Assembly: GCA_951406725.2 (NCBI GenBank)
Contig: OX597827.1
Location: 23,622,001-23,686,000, forward strand
DNA length: 64,000 nt
Source: Octopus vulgaris
Taxonomy: Eukaryota
Direction: 5' to 3'
The notes under the pieces are model-generated. The model had not been told where the DNA came from. It ran no database searches and saw only the letters and a program-made list of their open reading frames with translations. Of the stretch, positions 24,458 to 36,680 are shown piece after piece; position 1 is the first letter of the stretch; every line of letters begins with the position of its first letter. The position numbers were made by a program, and so were the translations under genes.

Positions 24458-25715
24458 CGAGGGACGTTCAATGAGTAATGCCCCTGACCCACTTGCAGTT
24501 GTTTGATCTATAGATTAAGTGACAAATTGCAGCTCTGAACTAATTGTGGTTTCTGATTTACAGGTGTTTGAACTGAGTCAAGTGTGAAATGGAGCCTGTT
24601 GAGTGTCGAGCAGTAATCCGGTTTTTGTATTTGAAAGGATGCACACCACAGGAGAGTTTTGATGAAATGAAAGTAACTTATGGTGATGATACCCCATCAT
24701 ATGACCTTGTAAAACGCTGGCATCGTGAATTCAAACATGGTCGGAACTCTGGGGAAACAGCTTCCAGATCTGGTCGCCCCTCTTCTGCCATTGTTGAGGC
24801 ATCTGTCCGTCAAGTTGAGGCTGCCATTTTGGAAGATCGACGCATAACAATTCGCCAAATAGCCCATCAGGTCAAGATTAGTACCGGGTTTGTGGAAACT
24901 ATCATTCATGACCATTTGCATATGCAAAAGGTGTCTGCTAGATGGATTCCCAGGTTGCTCACACCTTTCCAGAAGCAAGAACGCGTCGAGTGCTCGAGGA
25001 TGAATTTGGAGATGTGCCAAGAAGATGAGTCAAAATTTTTCAAATGACTGATTACACAGGATGAAACCTGGGTCCATCACTATGATCCAGAGACCAAAGC
25101 CCAGTCAATGCAGTGGAAGCACCGTGACTCACCTCCTCCAAAGAAGGCAAGGATGCAGCCCTTCGCTGGCAAGGTCATGCTCACAGTCTTCTGGGACCAG
25201 GACGGAGTAGTGATGACAGATTTCCTGGCAAAGGGTACCACAATTACAGGAGCCTATTATGCTTCAATTTTGAGGAAATTAAGAGAAGCTATCAAAATCA
25301 AGAGGCGGGGCAAGATCAGCAAAGGCATCCTCCTCCTGCAAGACAACGCTCCGGTCCACAACTCGCGTGTCATCAGATCAGAAGCAAAGGCGTGCGGCTA
25401 TGAACTCCTCCCCCATCCCCCCCTACTCTCCTGACCTTGCACCCTCTGATTTTCACCTCTTCCCAGCCATGAAGTTGTTTTTGAAAGGAAAGCGTTTCCC
25501 AGATGATGCAGCCTTGATTTCTGAAGTCACGTCGTGGTTGGAGGACCAAGCTGGGGTCTTCTACAAAAACGGTCTCCAGAGCTGCATCAAACGATGAGAG
25601 AAATGCATAACTCTGGGTGGTTCCTATGCAGAAAAAGACTAATAACTATGCCAAGTTTCGTTGCTCTACTGCTATGGGAAGTGGGTCAGGGGCATTACTT
25701 ATTGAACGCCCCTCG
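24458..25715 (+). mobile_element. Full-length mariner DNA transposon (1258 bp, irritans-like TIRs)
   Basis: 37-bp TIRs cgagggacgttcaatgagtaatgcccctgacccactt / aagtgggtcaggggcattacttattgaacgcccctcg (2 mismatches); TA TSD at 24456-24457 and 25716-25717. Confidence 0.95.
24589..25642 (+). pseudogene. Mariner D,D34D transposase pseudogene
   Basis: MEPVECRAVIRFL..GRP..WIPRLLT, TQDETW, LQDNAP and YSPDLAPSDFHLF motifs; stops at 25045-25047 and 25595-25597; frameshift in the C-run near 25410-25425. Confidence 0.95.
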
Positions 25716-25857
25716 TATATGGACACAAACACACACACACATTTATTTTTATTGGCGCATATGAGTATATATATATATGTATATCTACGCTCCCAGCTTA
25801 GTTTTTCTAATGCTCGTTGCTTAGTTTTTCTTGGAGGGCTGGCCGTGATCTAGTAAT

Positions 25858-25997
25858 CTCAAGATTAATCAGCCGAAATTACTACGATGATCCGGTTCTT
25901 GACTGAAGACTGAGGGTTTCGAATGTCCTGTCCGTGCTTATTGTATCGTCTTCTAAGAGTTATACGTTCTTGTCCATGTTGTATTTTTCTACATACC

Positions 25998-26001
<4 letters not shown>
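25858..26001 (+). mobile_element. Second copy of the 579-721 repeat
   Basis: Reverse-complement match to 579-721. Confidence 0.6.
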
Positions 26002-26036
<35 letters not shown>

Positions 26037-26209
26037 AAATTGTAAGGACATCTGGTAACTTGACTGACGAAAGAAGGCTACGAATGTCTCGTCCTTTTTT
26101 TCCCCTATCACTCTAATTGTTATTTTTCCTGTCCACCTTTATATTGTCTCTCTGTCCGGATGTTTTATTGTCCTCTATTGTGGTTTGTTCCATTATATAT
26201 ATATATATC

Positions 26210-26540
26210 ATCAACATCATCGTTTAAAGTCCGTTTTCCATGCTGGCATGGGTTGGACAGTTTGACTGAGGTCTGGAGAACCAACTGCTGCACTAGGTTC
26301 CAATCTGATCTGACAGTGTTTTTATAGCTAAATGCCCTTCCTATTGCCAACCGTTTCCAGGGTATAGTAGGTGCTTTTTACGTGCCTCCGGCACAGGAGC
26401 CAATCAGGCGGGCCTGACATCGATCACATTCGGATAGTGCTTTTTACGTGCCACCGGCACGAGGGCCAGTCAGTGGGTACTGGCATTGGTCACATTCGGA
26501 TGGTGCTTTTTACATGCCACTGGTACAGGAGCCAGCCAGG
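26210..26540 (-). mobile_element. Family C retroposon
   Basis: catcatcgtttaaagtccgttttccatgctggcatggg...gtgcttttacgtgcc repeats. Confidence 0.8.
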
Positions 26541-26919
26541 TTCTATATATAGACCAATCGAGTCAACCTCAGTAATGTACCCATAATGACCACTGGAAAC
26601 AGCTGTAATCCAGATTTGCTCCAATGGGGGTAAATTTTGAATCCTTGTCTATTGGTGCAAAGAACTACATGAGAGTTTAAGAAGATATAAATCTTGAGAA
26701 GGCTGTAATATAGTGGTTTCTCCATGGAAGATCTTGCAGTAGCTGCATCTGTCAAACTAATTTATATGGAAAAGACTTTAAGCAGTATCCGTTCTAGAGT
26801 TCTAGAGTTTTGAGGAGTGCAGAACTATCTCATAGCCATTATTGCCCCAGGTCTATTCTGACTCGGAATTGTAGCACTTATCAGGGTCCCGTATATGCGT
26901 TAATTAATATATTAGTGCT

Positions 26920-27313
26920 TGCAAGGCGGCGAGCTGGCAGAAACGTTAGCGCGCCGGGCGAAATGCTTAGCGGTCTGCCGCTACGTTCTGAATTCAAATT
27001 CCGCCGAGGTCTACTTTACCTTTCATCCTTTCGGGGTCGATAAATTAAGTACCAGTTACGCACTGGGGTCGATGTAATCGACTTAATCCGTTTGTCTGTC
27101 CTGGTTTGTCCTCTCTGTATTTAGCCCCTTCTGGGTAGTAAAGAAATAGGTATTTCGTCTGTCTTTATGTTCTGAGTTCAAATTTCGCCGAGGTAGACTT
27201 TGCCTTTCATCCTTTGGGAGTCGATAAATTAATTAGCCGTTGCGTACTGGGGTCGATCTAATCGATTGGCCTCCACCCAAAAAATTTCGGGCCTTGTGCC
27301 TAGAGTTGAAAGG
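26920..27313 (+). mobile_element. SINE family A, composite (two different 3' modules), 14-bp TSD
   Basis: TSD aatatattagtgct at 26906-26919 and 27314-27327. Confidence 0.9.
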
Positions 27314-27336
27314 AATATATTAGTGCTAACTTACCT

Positions 27337-27942
27337 ATGTACGTGAAGACGAGATTCGGTGGACCGTGCAAGAAGAAACTTTCATGGTTCAACGGAAAAG
27401 AAGACAGCTGCAGCAATGCATTGTGGAGTGCAGAGAGCAAAGTGAAGCAAGCAAGACGTCTTGATCATCCTCTGCATCTGTTTCCATCGCAGTCGTCTTG
27501 GCCTGGTCTTGCCACTGGATTGAAGACGCTCACGGGTGAGAGTAAGGTTGACGGTGCGCAACTCTGCTTCGCTTTAAGCAAAGTCACTACCCAAGCAATC
27601 AGTCATCCTTGGGGATGGCTAACTGGCACTCCATCTGTTACGGCGACGGGTGTTCCAGTTGATCTGATCAACGGAACAGCCTGCTCGAGAAATTAACGTA
27701 AAAGCGGCCGAGCACTCCACAGGCACGTGCACCCTTAACGTAGTTCTCGGAGAGATTCAGCGTGGCACGGAATGTGACAAGGCTGGCCCTTAAAAATGCT
27801 GGTGTAACTCATTTTTGCCAGTTGAGTGGCCTGGAGCAATGTGAAATAAAGTGTCTTGCTCAAGGGTACAACGCGCCGACTGGGATCGAACTCGCGGCGT
27901 TACGATCATGGGCCGAATACCCTAACCACTAAACCACACACT
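27337..27942 (-). mobile_element. SINE family D (tRNA head + CORE-like cttgagcaagacactt)
   Basis: Minus-strand head gtggtttagtggttagggtattcggcccatgatc...gagttcgatcccag; the 3' boundary is uncertain. Confidence 0.75.
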
Positions 27943-28130
27943 TTCACTGAAGGGGACGGCTAAATAGCCCTCACGCCCCGACGGACGAACATGTTGGTAA
28001 TATGGGTAACAAAACTGTTGAAGCTAATGACGAGTGTTCCTATTGATTTAGAAATCCTTATACATTGCATTATAACAGTATTCACAGTGAAACAGGCAGC
28101 TCAGCACCGAGGAAATTGGACAGAAAGTGG

Positions 28131-28622
28131 GGTTCAACTAAGAGAGGCTCAATAAAGAGAGGTTCAATTAAGAGAGGTTCAATAAAGAGAGGTTCAATTA
28201 AGAGAGGTTCAATTAAGAGAGGTTCAATAAAGAGAGGTTCAATAAAGAGAGGTTCAATTAAGAGAGGTTCAATAAAGAGAGATTCAATTAAGAGAGGTTC
28301 AACTAAGAGGAGTTCAACTAAGAGGGGTTCAACTAATAGAGGTTCAATTAAGAGAGGTTCAACTAAGAGGGGTTCAATTAAGAGAGGTTCAGCTAAGAGG
28401 GGTTCAGCTATGAGAGGTTCAACTAAGAGGGGTTCAACTAAGAGAGGTTCAACTAAGAGAGGTTCAATTAAGAAAGGTTCAACTAAGAGGGGTTCAATTC
28501 AGAGAGGTTCAACTAAGAGAGGATCAATAAAGAGGGGTTCAATTAAGAGAGGTTCAATTAAGAGAGGTTCAACAAAGAGAAGTTCAACAAAGAGAGGTTC
28601 AACTAAGAGAGGTTCAAGTAAG
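28131..28622. repeat. 15-bp minisatellite GGTTCAA(T/C)(T/A)AAGAG(A/G), ~33 copies
   Basis: Direct inspection; one frame is stop-free, giving the (RGSIK/RGSTK)n ORF 28065-28646. Confidence 0.95.
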
Positions 28623-28667
28623 CACGCATTTGAGAAAGTCTCTTAATTTCCTTTTTATATAATAATG

Positions 28668-28845
28668 GCTTCAAATTTTTCCACAAGGACAGCCACTTGG
28701 GGAGAATGGATGAGGCGATTACATTGACCCCAATGTTTCACTGGTACTTTATTCATCGACCCCGAAAGGTTGAAAGGCAAAGTCAACCTTTGCGGAATTT
28801 GAACTCAGAACGTTGCGATGGCCTAAATACCGATAAGGTATTTAC
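28668..28845 (-). mobile_element. SINE family A relative, degraded
   Basis: ctggtactttattcatcgaccccgaaaggttgaaaggcaaagtcaacc..gaatttgaactcagaacg. Confidence 0.75.
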
Positions 28846-28981
28846 GAAAAGGGCCCAATGCAGCACATTATAAATACAGACCAGCCCCATTCACACCACC
28901 ACCATCACCACCATCAATGCCACCACCAGGGCCACCACCATAATCTTCACAATCAAAACCACCAACCACAATAACAATATT

Positions 28982-29159
28982 CTTTTCTACTCTAGTCATA
29001 AGTCCCGAAATTGGGGGCGGGGGGGGGCAGTCGATTAGATCGACCCCAGTTCGCAGCTGGTACTTAATTTATCGATCCCGAAAAGGATGAAAGGCAAAAT
29101 CGACCTCGGCGGAATTTGAACCCGGCGTGCTAACGTTTCTGCCAGCTCTTCGCCGCCTT
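28982..29159 (-). mobile_element. SINE family A, internally deleted, 15-bp TSD
   Basis: TSD cacaataacaatatt at 28967-28981 and 29160-29174. Confidence 0.85.
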
Positions 29160-29429
29160 CACAATAACAATATTACCAATACAACATCGTCGGTCCTTAG
29201 GTTCTGAGTTCAAATTCCACTGAGGTCGACATTGCCTTTCATCATTTTGGGGTCAATAAAAATCAGTACCAGTCGAACATTGGGATCGAATGTAATCGAT
29301 TAGACGCTACCCCGAAATTGCTGGCCTTGTGCCAAAATTTGAAATCGATATTACCAATACAGCCATACCACCACCGCCGCCGCCGCCACCATCACCACAA
29401 CCAACAACAACAATATCCAATTATTTTTA

Positions 29430-29795
29430 TCTTTTATCTTTTACTTGTTTCAGCTATTAGACTACGGCCATGCTGGGGCATCACCCTGAAGAATTTCTAG
29501 TCGAATGAATCGACCCCAGTACTTTTTAGAGCCTGGTATTTATATCGATTTCTTACTGTCGAACCGCAACGTTACGGGGACATAAACACACCAACACCGG
29601 TTGTCAGGCGATGTTGGGAGACAAACACAGGCACACACAAATATGACGAGCTTCTTTCAGTTTCCGTCCACCAAATCCACTCACAAGGTTTGGCTGACCT
29701 GTGCCCATAGTAGATGATACTTGCCCAAGGTGCCACGCAGTGAGACTGAACTCGGAACTGTACGGTCGGGGAGAAAGCTTCTTACCACGCAGCCT
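29430..29795 (-). mobile_element. SINE family B
   Basis: Reverse-complement match to 10848-11250. Confidence 0.85.
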
Positions 29796-30199
29796 GCCAC
29801 TAACAAGAACACCATGACAACAACAAACGCTACCACCGACATCACCATCACCAACACTGACTCACATCAGTAATAACACAACGATAAGAACACGTGGAAG
29901 CCTCTGTGGTTGCGGGATCTGCTAGAAATAGCGGTTAAATGTCCTCTCGAATCCTTACCATGTTAGAAAAAAGATATTGGATATTGTAATCTTGAATGTA
30001 TTGTTCGAAATATAGGTTGGGAGTGGCATGGCTGGAATGCCTTTTCGTTCATCGCCGGCAACACCATCCCCCACCAGCTCCGCTACTGTCATCATTGTTG
30101 ACACAGTCGCCTCCATCTTCACCATCACCAGCAGACAGACATGGAATTATTGCCAGCAGTGGCAGCATCCATCCACACCCATCTCACGCGCCTTCCATC

Positions 30200-30640
30200 A
30201 ACCGTCCCAAACGTTGAGAACGCCACCACCATCACCACCACTACCGTCACCACCACCACCACCACAATCATTACAACCGTTATCGCAGTCGTTACCACCT
30301 CAACCCCCTCCCATTATCACAAACCATCACCGCCGTCACCGATATCACAGCTATCACTGTCACCGCCACCATCGTCACCACCATTTCTACCAACACCGCC
30401 TCCACCACTACTCTAGCACACTCATATAACTCATTATCACCACCACCACTTACTACGACCGTCACCACCACCGCCATCACCACCACCGCCATCACCACCT
30501 CCGCCGCCACCACTATTCTAGCATACTCTTATAGCAGTCATTACCACCACCACCACCACCACTATTTTATCATATAACGTTCACCGCCACGACCGCCGCC
30601 GCCACCACCACCACCACTGCTACCACTGCTGCCGTCAGCA
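30200..30640. repeat. Degenerate (CCA/CCG)n low-complexity tract
   Basis: Direct inspection; includes a duplicated ctccRccRccactactctagca unit. Confidence 0.85.
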
Positions 30641-31630
30641 GCACGGGAAGCTGCCATAGCAATACTGATGGCTGATGGAGTTGGAGCTATCAGTGTTTTT
30701 GCCTCTAGTCTCTCTACCATTCCACACTTGAGACCTGCTTTAAGTCTTTGACTCACAACACGCACAACTCACACACACTCACACAACACGCACAACACAC
30801 GCGCACACACGGATTCCTTCACACGTTGACCGCCTTTCCATTGTACTTCATTTACCAAGTACACACGCTTTATACTTATTAATAATAATAAATATATAAC
30901 TTTTTCTCATATTCTACGAAACATTTACGGATTTTATAAAGACACACACACGTGGATTCTATGACAAATATACACACAAACACATGTATACGCACACATA
31001 TACATATATATATATACACAAAGAGGTGGATCGTAGAAAACGGTAAGTTTTGAGTTTTTGTTGAACTTCTCAAGTTTTCTAAACTGGTTTCTTGCTGTTA
31101 TTGTTGTTGTTGTTATGGTGTTGTTGTGCAACTCTGTATATGTGTGTGTGTAAACTGCTTTATGTATGTATGTGTGTCTGTTGTAGCGTGTGTGTGTTTT
31201 TCAATGTTGTAATTTATAGAAATCTGGTGTGTTGTGTATAGAAGTGTTTCTTATTTTCTCACTGTTGAAGTGTGTGTGTGTGTTGTGTATGTGATGTGTG
31301 TGTTGTGTATGTGTGTGTATTTGTGTGTATGTATGTGTGTATATGTGTGTGTGTTTGTGTGTTTATGGTAATGTATTTTATGTATGAAGACGGAGGGAGG
31401 GGCTTGGTTTGGTGAAAGGCACCGATATGACCCTTTTAGGGTCTCCGAGTGGAAAAGAGAATGTCATTCGCAGACCATGGATCTGATCTGGTTATTTGCA
31501 ACAGTCTGGCCTCTGCTACAGGTACCCACGGGTAGCAGTCCTACTCTCCCAAATATGTGGGAGTGTGCCTTAATTAGGCGACCTGTGTAGCTGTAGTAGC
31601 ACTGAGCCAAATTTCAAAGTTTGGTCAACT

Positions 31631-31631
31631 G

Positions 31632-31672
<41 letters not shown>

Positions 31673-31673
31673 G

Positions 31674-31751
<78 letters not shown>

Positions 31752-31798
31752 TTATTTATTTATGTATCTAGCTATCTGTCTGTCTATGTATCAATTTG

Positions 31799-31855
<57 letters not shown>

Positions 31856-31900
31856 TTATTTATCTATCTAGCTATCTGTCTGTCTGTCTGTCTGTCTATA
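31631..31900. repeat. (TCTA)n tetranucleotide microsatellite
   Basis: Direct inspection. Confidence 0.95.
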
Positions 31901-32307
31901 CTATACTTATACTATACTACGTATCTTTCTGTTTATCTATCTTTGTGCTTATCAATCGACTTATCTATTTATCAATCTGTTTCTCAGCCTGTTCGTGCAT
32001 CTATCCGACTTTCTCCCTTACAAATCGCACATACACATATATACATGTGTGTGTATATGTGTGTATGTGTATAAAATCATCATAGTCATGTACGGAAGAG
32101 AGGGTGGTTAAGTTTTTGTCCTCTGTTAACGGTTTTGTTTTTGATCATCAATGCATGTGTGTGCGTGTGGATTTCCACCTCGGCATCCGAAACTCAGAGT
32201 TTTATCTTAGCTACCGAGTAATTGTCACATATTATATTTACAGATAAATTCCTCTATTTACATAATATTGAGGTCTCTTTCTTTCTTTTGTTATGTTACC
32301 GTTTTTA

Positions 32308-32357
<50 letters not shown>

Positions 32358-32875
32358 TGTGTGTGTGTGCGTGTGGACACAAACATACACCCGCACACAC
32401 ACAAAGACTATTATCCGTTACTTTTCGCAAAGTATTCCCCTAATACCAAACATCCAAACAGCCCACACTACTTTTCTGTTGTTGAAACCCAATTCTATAA
32501 AAATACTAACCTCAACTGCCTGCATACAACCACATTCGCACACGGACACCCACTCACATGTATAAACACACTGACACGCACATCCACACACACACACACA
32601 CAATACATACACATACGTATAAATGCACATTCATATAAGTACACACATAAACACACACACACACACACACACACAGATCGTAGACGCAGCGAAAAGTCAG
32701 TTCAGTCCAGGAACCAAAACTCTTTGAATTGATTCAAATATTCAACGGTTCTGAACCAAAGTTTCTGTTTGGAATAACGACGATTTGAGGAATACTGTGC
32801 ACATGCGCGCTCACACACACACGCGCGCACGCGCACACACACACGTACACACACGCACACATACACACACACACG

Positions 32876-32915
<40 letters not shown>

Positions 32916-32975
32916 TACACACACACACACATATATATTAAGGTTTGATTTTATATCGAGTTATAAATATTACTC

Positions 32976-33383
32976 GGATGTTTTCGGTTTGAACGGCAGT
33001 TTTTAACATAATTTCTGGGTAACTAAAAAATTTTAAACTTCGTATACTGGTAGAATGTGTTTATAAAACATCTTTTTCTCTTGGCTTTGTTGAGAAAATT
33101 CTATAGTTTGTAAGATATTTGTTGTTTTTTTTCTTCACTTTCTGCAATTTCAACCAATCAATGACGTCTATTGAGGTGAAAACATTCTGTGTCGTATGAA
33201 TATGCCCCTCGTTTAAGAAACAGATTGGGTTTATTTACATTTGTGAAGAAAAAAGATACCCTTCCCATAACCCTAACCCTAACCCTAAAATAGATTGAAA
33301 TGCAATAGATTAGGGTCATAATTATTTGTGACAATTTCATATGACACCGCTAGAAAAAAATGCCGTTCAAACCGAAAAGATCC
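32976..33383. mobile_element. MITE family M1 copy 3
   Basis: Same TIRs; perfect TSD tattactc at 32968-32975 and 33384-33391; internal aaccctaaccctaaccctaa. Confidence 0.9.
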
Positions 33384-33420
33384 TATTACTCAATATCTAT
33401 TGTTGGATATATATTTTTTA

Positions 33421-33669
33421 GGTACTATTTAAAAAGAGTGGTCCCAGTGCGCGCACTCGCGTACTCGCGCATCCGCGCTAGCTAGTCGTGACTAATCGAT
33501 CCTACAACGTAAATAAAACAAAATGAATAATTTTTTTACACAAATAATTTTTTTAAACAAAGTAAATAAAACAAAAACACAAAGTAAGGATCGACTAGTC
33601 ACGACTGGCTAGCGCGGATACGCGAGTACGTGAGTGCGCGCACCGGGACCACTCTTCTTAAATAGTCCC
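33421..33669. mobile_element. MITE family M2 (long GC-rich TIRs, GG..CC termini, 8-bp TSD)
   Basis: ~80-bp TIRs ggtactatttaaaaagagtggtccc..ctagtcgtgactaatcgatcct; TSD atttttta on both sides; half copy at ~34313-34398. Confidence 0.9.
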
Positions 33670-33703
33670 ATTTTTTATACATTTACTAGAAGAGTGTTTG
33701 AGA

Positions 33704-33767
33704 GTGACTTCGAAATTTCGGCCTGCACGTTCCGATGAAGGCTAGTTGGCCGAAACTTCGAAGTCAC
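33704..33767 (+). ncRNA. Degenerate hammerhead motif embedded in an inverted duplication
   Basis: CCGAUGA A GGCUA GU UGGCC GAAA CUUCGAAG UC (U4C core change), preceded by an inverted copy of its 3' half. Confidence 0.5.
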
Positions 33768-34409
33768 AGTCACTAGCCTTCTTTTAAAAGTATATTTGTG
33801 TGTATGTATATTATATGTATATGGAGGTGTTTATGTGTGCATATTGTGCGTGTGTGTGTGTACACATTGTCGTAATTATTTTCATACATTTTAATAGCAT
33901 AATCCATAGTTGTTCTTTTTTGAACAAGAAATGATCGATTGAGACCGATCACACTTCGCATTTGCAGTCTTTCACAAAACCCCCAAAACATTCTTTATTT
34001 TTATCTGATGAAGATTAGTGTTTTCCAACCGTGATCATCCTTCCATGATTTATTTTTCCGGTTAATATATAGATCCGCGCCCGGGTGGGACAAATGGAAA
34101 ATAATATGTGTAACATAGACCACTTCTTGAAGCGGTCTAGTTATAATATGAGAAAGACTTAGCATCTATTTCGACCCGCTCCACACTGCTAAATTATTTG
34201 ATCGAATCCTGTAAATATGGAAGGTTAGGTTGACCTCAGCAGGATTCGAACTCAGAACGTAAATGAAATGCAACTGTGATTGCTTATTTGCTGGCTGACA
34301 TCTAGGGGACGCTACTAGGCTCAAGAAGAGTGGTCCCGGTGCGCGCACTCACATACTCGCGTATCCGCGCTAGCCAGTCGTGACTAGTCGATCCTTACTC
34401 TCTCTCTCG

Positions 34410-34442
<33 letters not shown>

Positions 34443-34685
34443 TCACACACACACACACACACACACACATACGGCCGATTCTATGACCTAATGAAGGCAG
34501 CCTCTGTCTCATACCTACATGTAGTAGAAATAGCAGCCAAATCTCCCTCAAATCACACCCTGCTGCCTTACGTTTCTATTGTCCTCCATATAGTAACTCG
34601 ATCTGTTAGAAATAGCAGCAAAATTTTCCCCTCGTGTCTCAGTTTTAGGTATATAAGTATGTTCCAAGGACGTTGACTTAACATT

Positions 34686-34716
<31 letters not shown>

Positions 34717-35049
34717 CCATCGTAATTGTCGTTTTAACGTTCACTTTTTCATGCTTGCATGGGTCGGACGGAGTTCATTGAGACCGGTTTTCTTCGACCT
34801 GGTGTCCTTCCATGTGTGTGGACAAAACAACTGTAGCACTCAACACTTTTGATAATAGTTACATATGCGATTTAATAACAGTTTGACCCGACTCTGGGGC
34901 AATTTGAGTGTTTCGTAGGCTCGTACGACGGAACTTTATATCCATTTGTGTGTTTGTTTACATTTTGCGTGCGCGCGCGCGTGTATCTGTGGAAAATCGC
35001 TTCGTTTATAAGTTAAGTATGCTAAAGAGACATTGACTGAAAGACGCAA

Positions 35050-35436
35050 TCTCTCTCTCTATATAAAGCTGAAGCTGTCTGTGTATGGCAGGTTTGGAAG
35101 CCTTCAACTAACGCTATCTCCTCCGAGACCCTGTGGCGCAAGTTGACCGAAATTGAGAGTATGATAGAAGGCTTGCTGCATAGAAGAAAAAATTCAAATC
35201 GGACCATGTTAACACCAAAAATTATTTACATCAAAAAGGTGCTTTTTTTTTTAATGAAAATCCCTATTTTTTTACAATTTTTTGACTGATTTGTCGCCAT
35301 TTTTCGGTGTATTTCAACCAGAAAAATGTTCACTTAAAGAGAATAACAAGCTACATAATGCAAAAGTTTTACTTTTCAAAAATTCCAATTCTAAAGGGTC
35401 GAAACAAACCCGAGCAACGCCGGGCGATACTGCTAG
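35050..35436 (+). mobile_element. Non-autonomous Helitron
   Basis: A|TC...CTAG|T with subterminal hairpin cccgagcaacgccggg; no TSD. Confidence 0.8.
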
Positions 35437-35601
35437 TACTGGATATAGTATTTGTTGTCGATTGTGGATGTTTTGCTGTGACGTTTCAACGATATTGGAC
35501 TCTCGAGACAGTGTTTGGTAAAATGAAGTTTCGTGGTCCTTTTCTCGTTCAGAACTTTGTTTCATGACACAGTGATCAGGTGACAAATATATACAGAGGA
35601 A

Positions 35602-35835
35602 GGCGGCGAGCTGGCAGAAACGTTAGCACGCCGGAGCGAAATGCTTAGCGATATTTCGTTTGCCGTTACGTTCTGAGTTCAAATTCCGCCGAGGTCGACT
35701 TTGCCTTTCATCCTTTCGGGGTCGATAAATTAAGTACCAGTTACGCACTGGGGTCGATGTAATCGACTTAATCCGTTTGTCTGTCCTTGTTTGTCCTCTC
35801 TGTGTTTAGCCCCTTGTGGTTAGTAAAGAAATGGG
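35602..35835 (+). mobile_element. SINE family A with 13-bp TSD
   Basis: TSD tatatacagagga at 35588-35600 and 35836-35848. Confidence 0.92.
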
Positions 35836-35863
35836 TATATACAGAGGAGTACACACCTTGACA

Positions 35864-35893
35864 TCTACTACTACTACTACTACTACTACTACA

Positions 35894-35955
<62 letters not shown>

Positions 35956-35970
35956 CACTACTACTACTAC
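35864..35970. repeat. (CTA)n microsatellite
   Basis: Direct inspection. Confidence 0.95.
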
Positions 35971-36404
35971 ATAGGAACTGTTTTATCTATGTATTCATCC
36001 ATTTTAAAGGCAGTATGTTGAAATTTGAATATTTGGCTGCTGTTTCTAACACGTGACCACGTACCCAACCATACCCCTGTTATTAGTATCAACAACAATC
36101 ATAACACACCACAATGTCTTCTAATAACATACATACACTCTAAATTTAATTATAAGTCTTTCTTTATTTGCAAATTGACCGCGAAAAGTCACATAAAGGA
36201 GAGAAATGGACAAAAAGCAACAAGATTGATATTTTTCTACCTAGGGCACGGCATTGACCCCTTCCATCAGTTACACAGTGAAAATACTACAAAGATATCA
36301 TTATTCAAAACACCCGGAGTCTGACAACATTACGTGCATACCCGTAAAACACCTCCAGAAACTACCAACAGCACAGCATAAATACTCCTAAAATAACCCT
36401 GAGA

Positions 36405-36614
36405 CTTTATTTACATTATTTACATTTGACGGATATTTATCCTCATCTTGTTTGTTGTTAACACAACGTTTCGGCTGATATACCCTCCAGCCTTCATCAG
36501 GTGTCTTGGGGAAATTTTGAACCTGGATTCTCATTCCTAAGGTATTTTCCACTGTTATTATTATTATTACTACTAATCCCAAGATTCCGAGTTCGATTCC
36601 AGGCAGTGACCTGA

Positions 36615-36658
<44 letters not shown>

Positions 36659-36680
36659 ACCATCGAAAAATGCCTTAGAA
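36405..36680. mobile_element. Hammerhead-bearing tRNA-headed retroposon (family H), inverted partial duplication
   Basis: Minus-strand body with hammerhead (36405-36570) joined to plus-strand B-box head + (TAA)n + body start (36571-36680). Confidence 0.8.
36460..36505 (-). ncRNA. Minimal type I hammerhead ribozyme, intact core
   Basis: GACAC CUGAUGA A GGCUG GAGGGUAUAU CAGCC GAAA CG UU GUGUU: 5-bp stem I, 5-6-bp stem II, loopless palindromic stem III (ACGU), GUU site; predicted cut between 36465 and 36464. Confidence 0.8.

Noticed and set aside
25895-25935. Hammerhead-like CTGAAGA...CGAATGTC in the 579/25858 repeat (similar at 26064-26090)
   Set aside because: GAAT instead of GAAA and no convincing stems I-III; at most a decayed relic
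28131-28622. CRISPR-like regular array
   Set aside because: Contiguous 15-bp units without unique spacers, no cas genes, eukaryotic context
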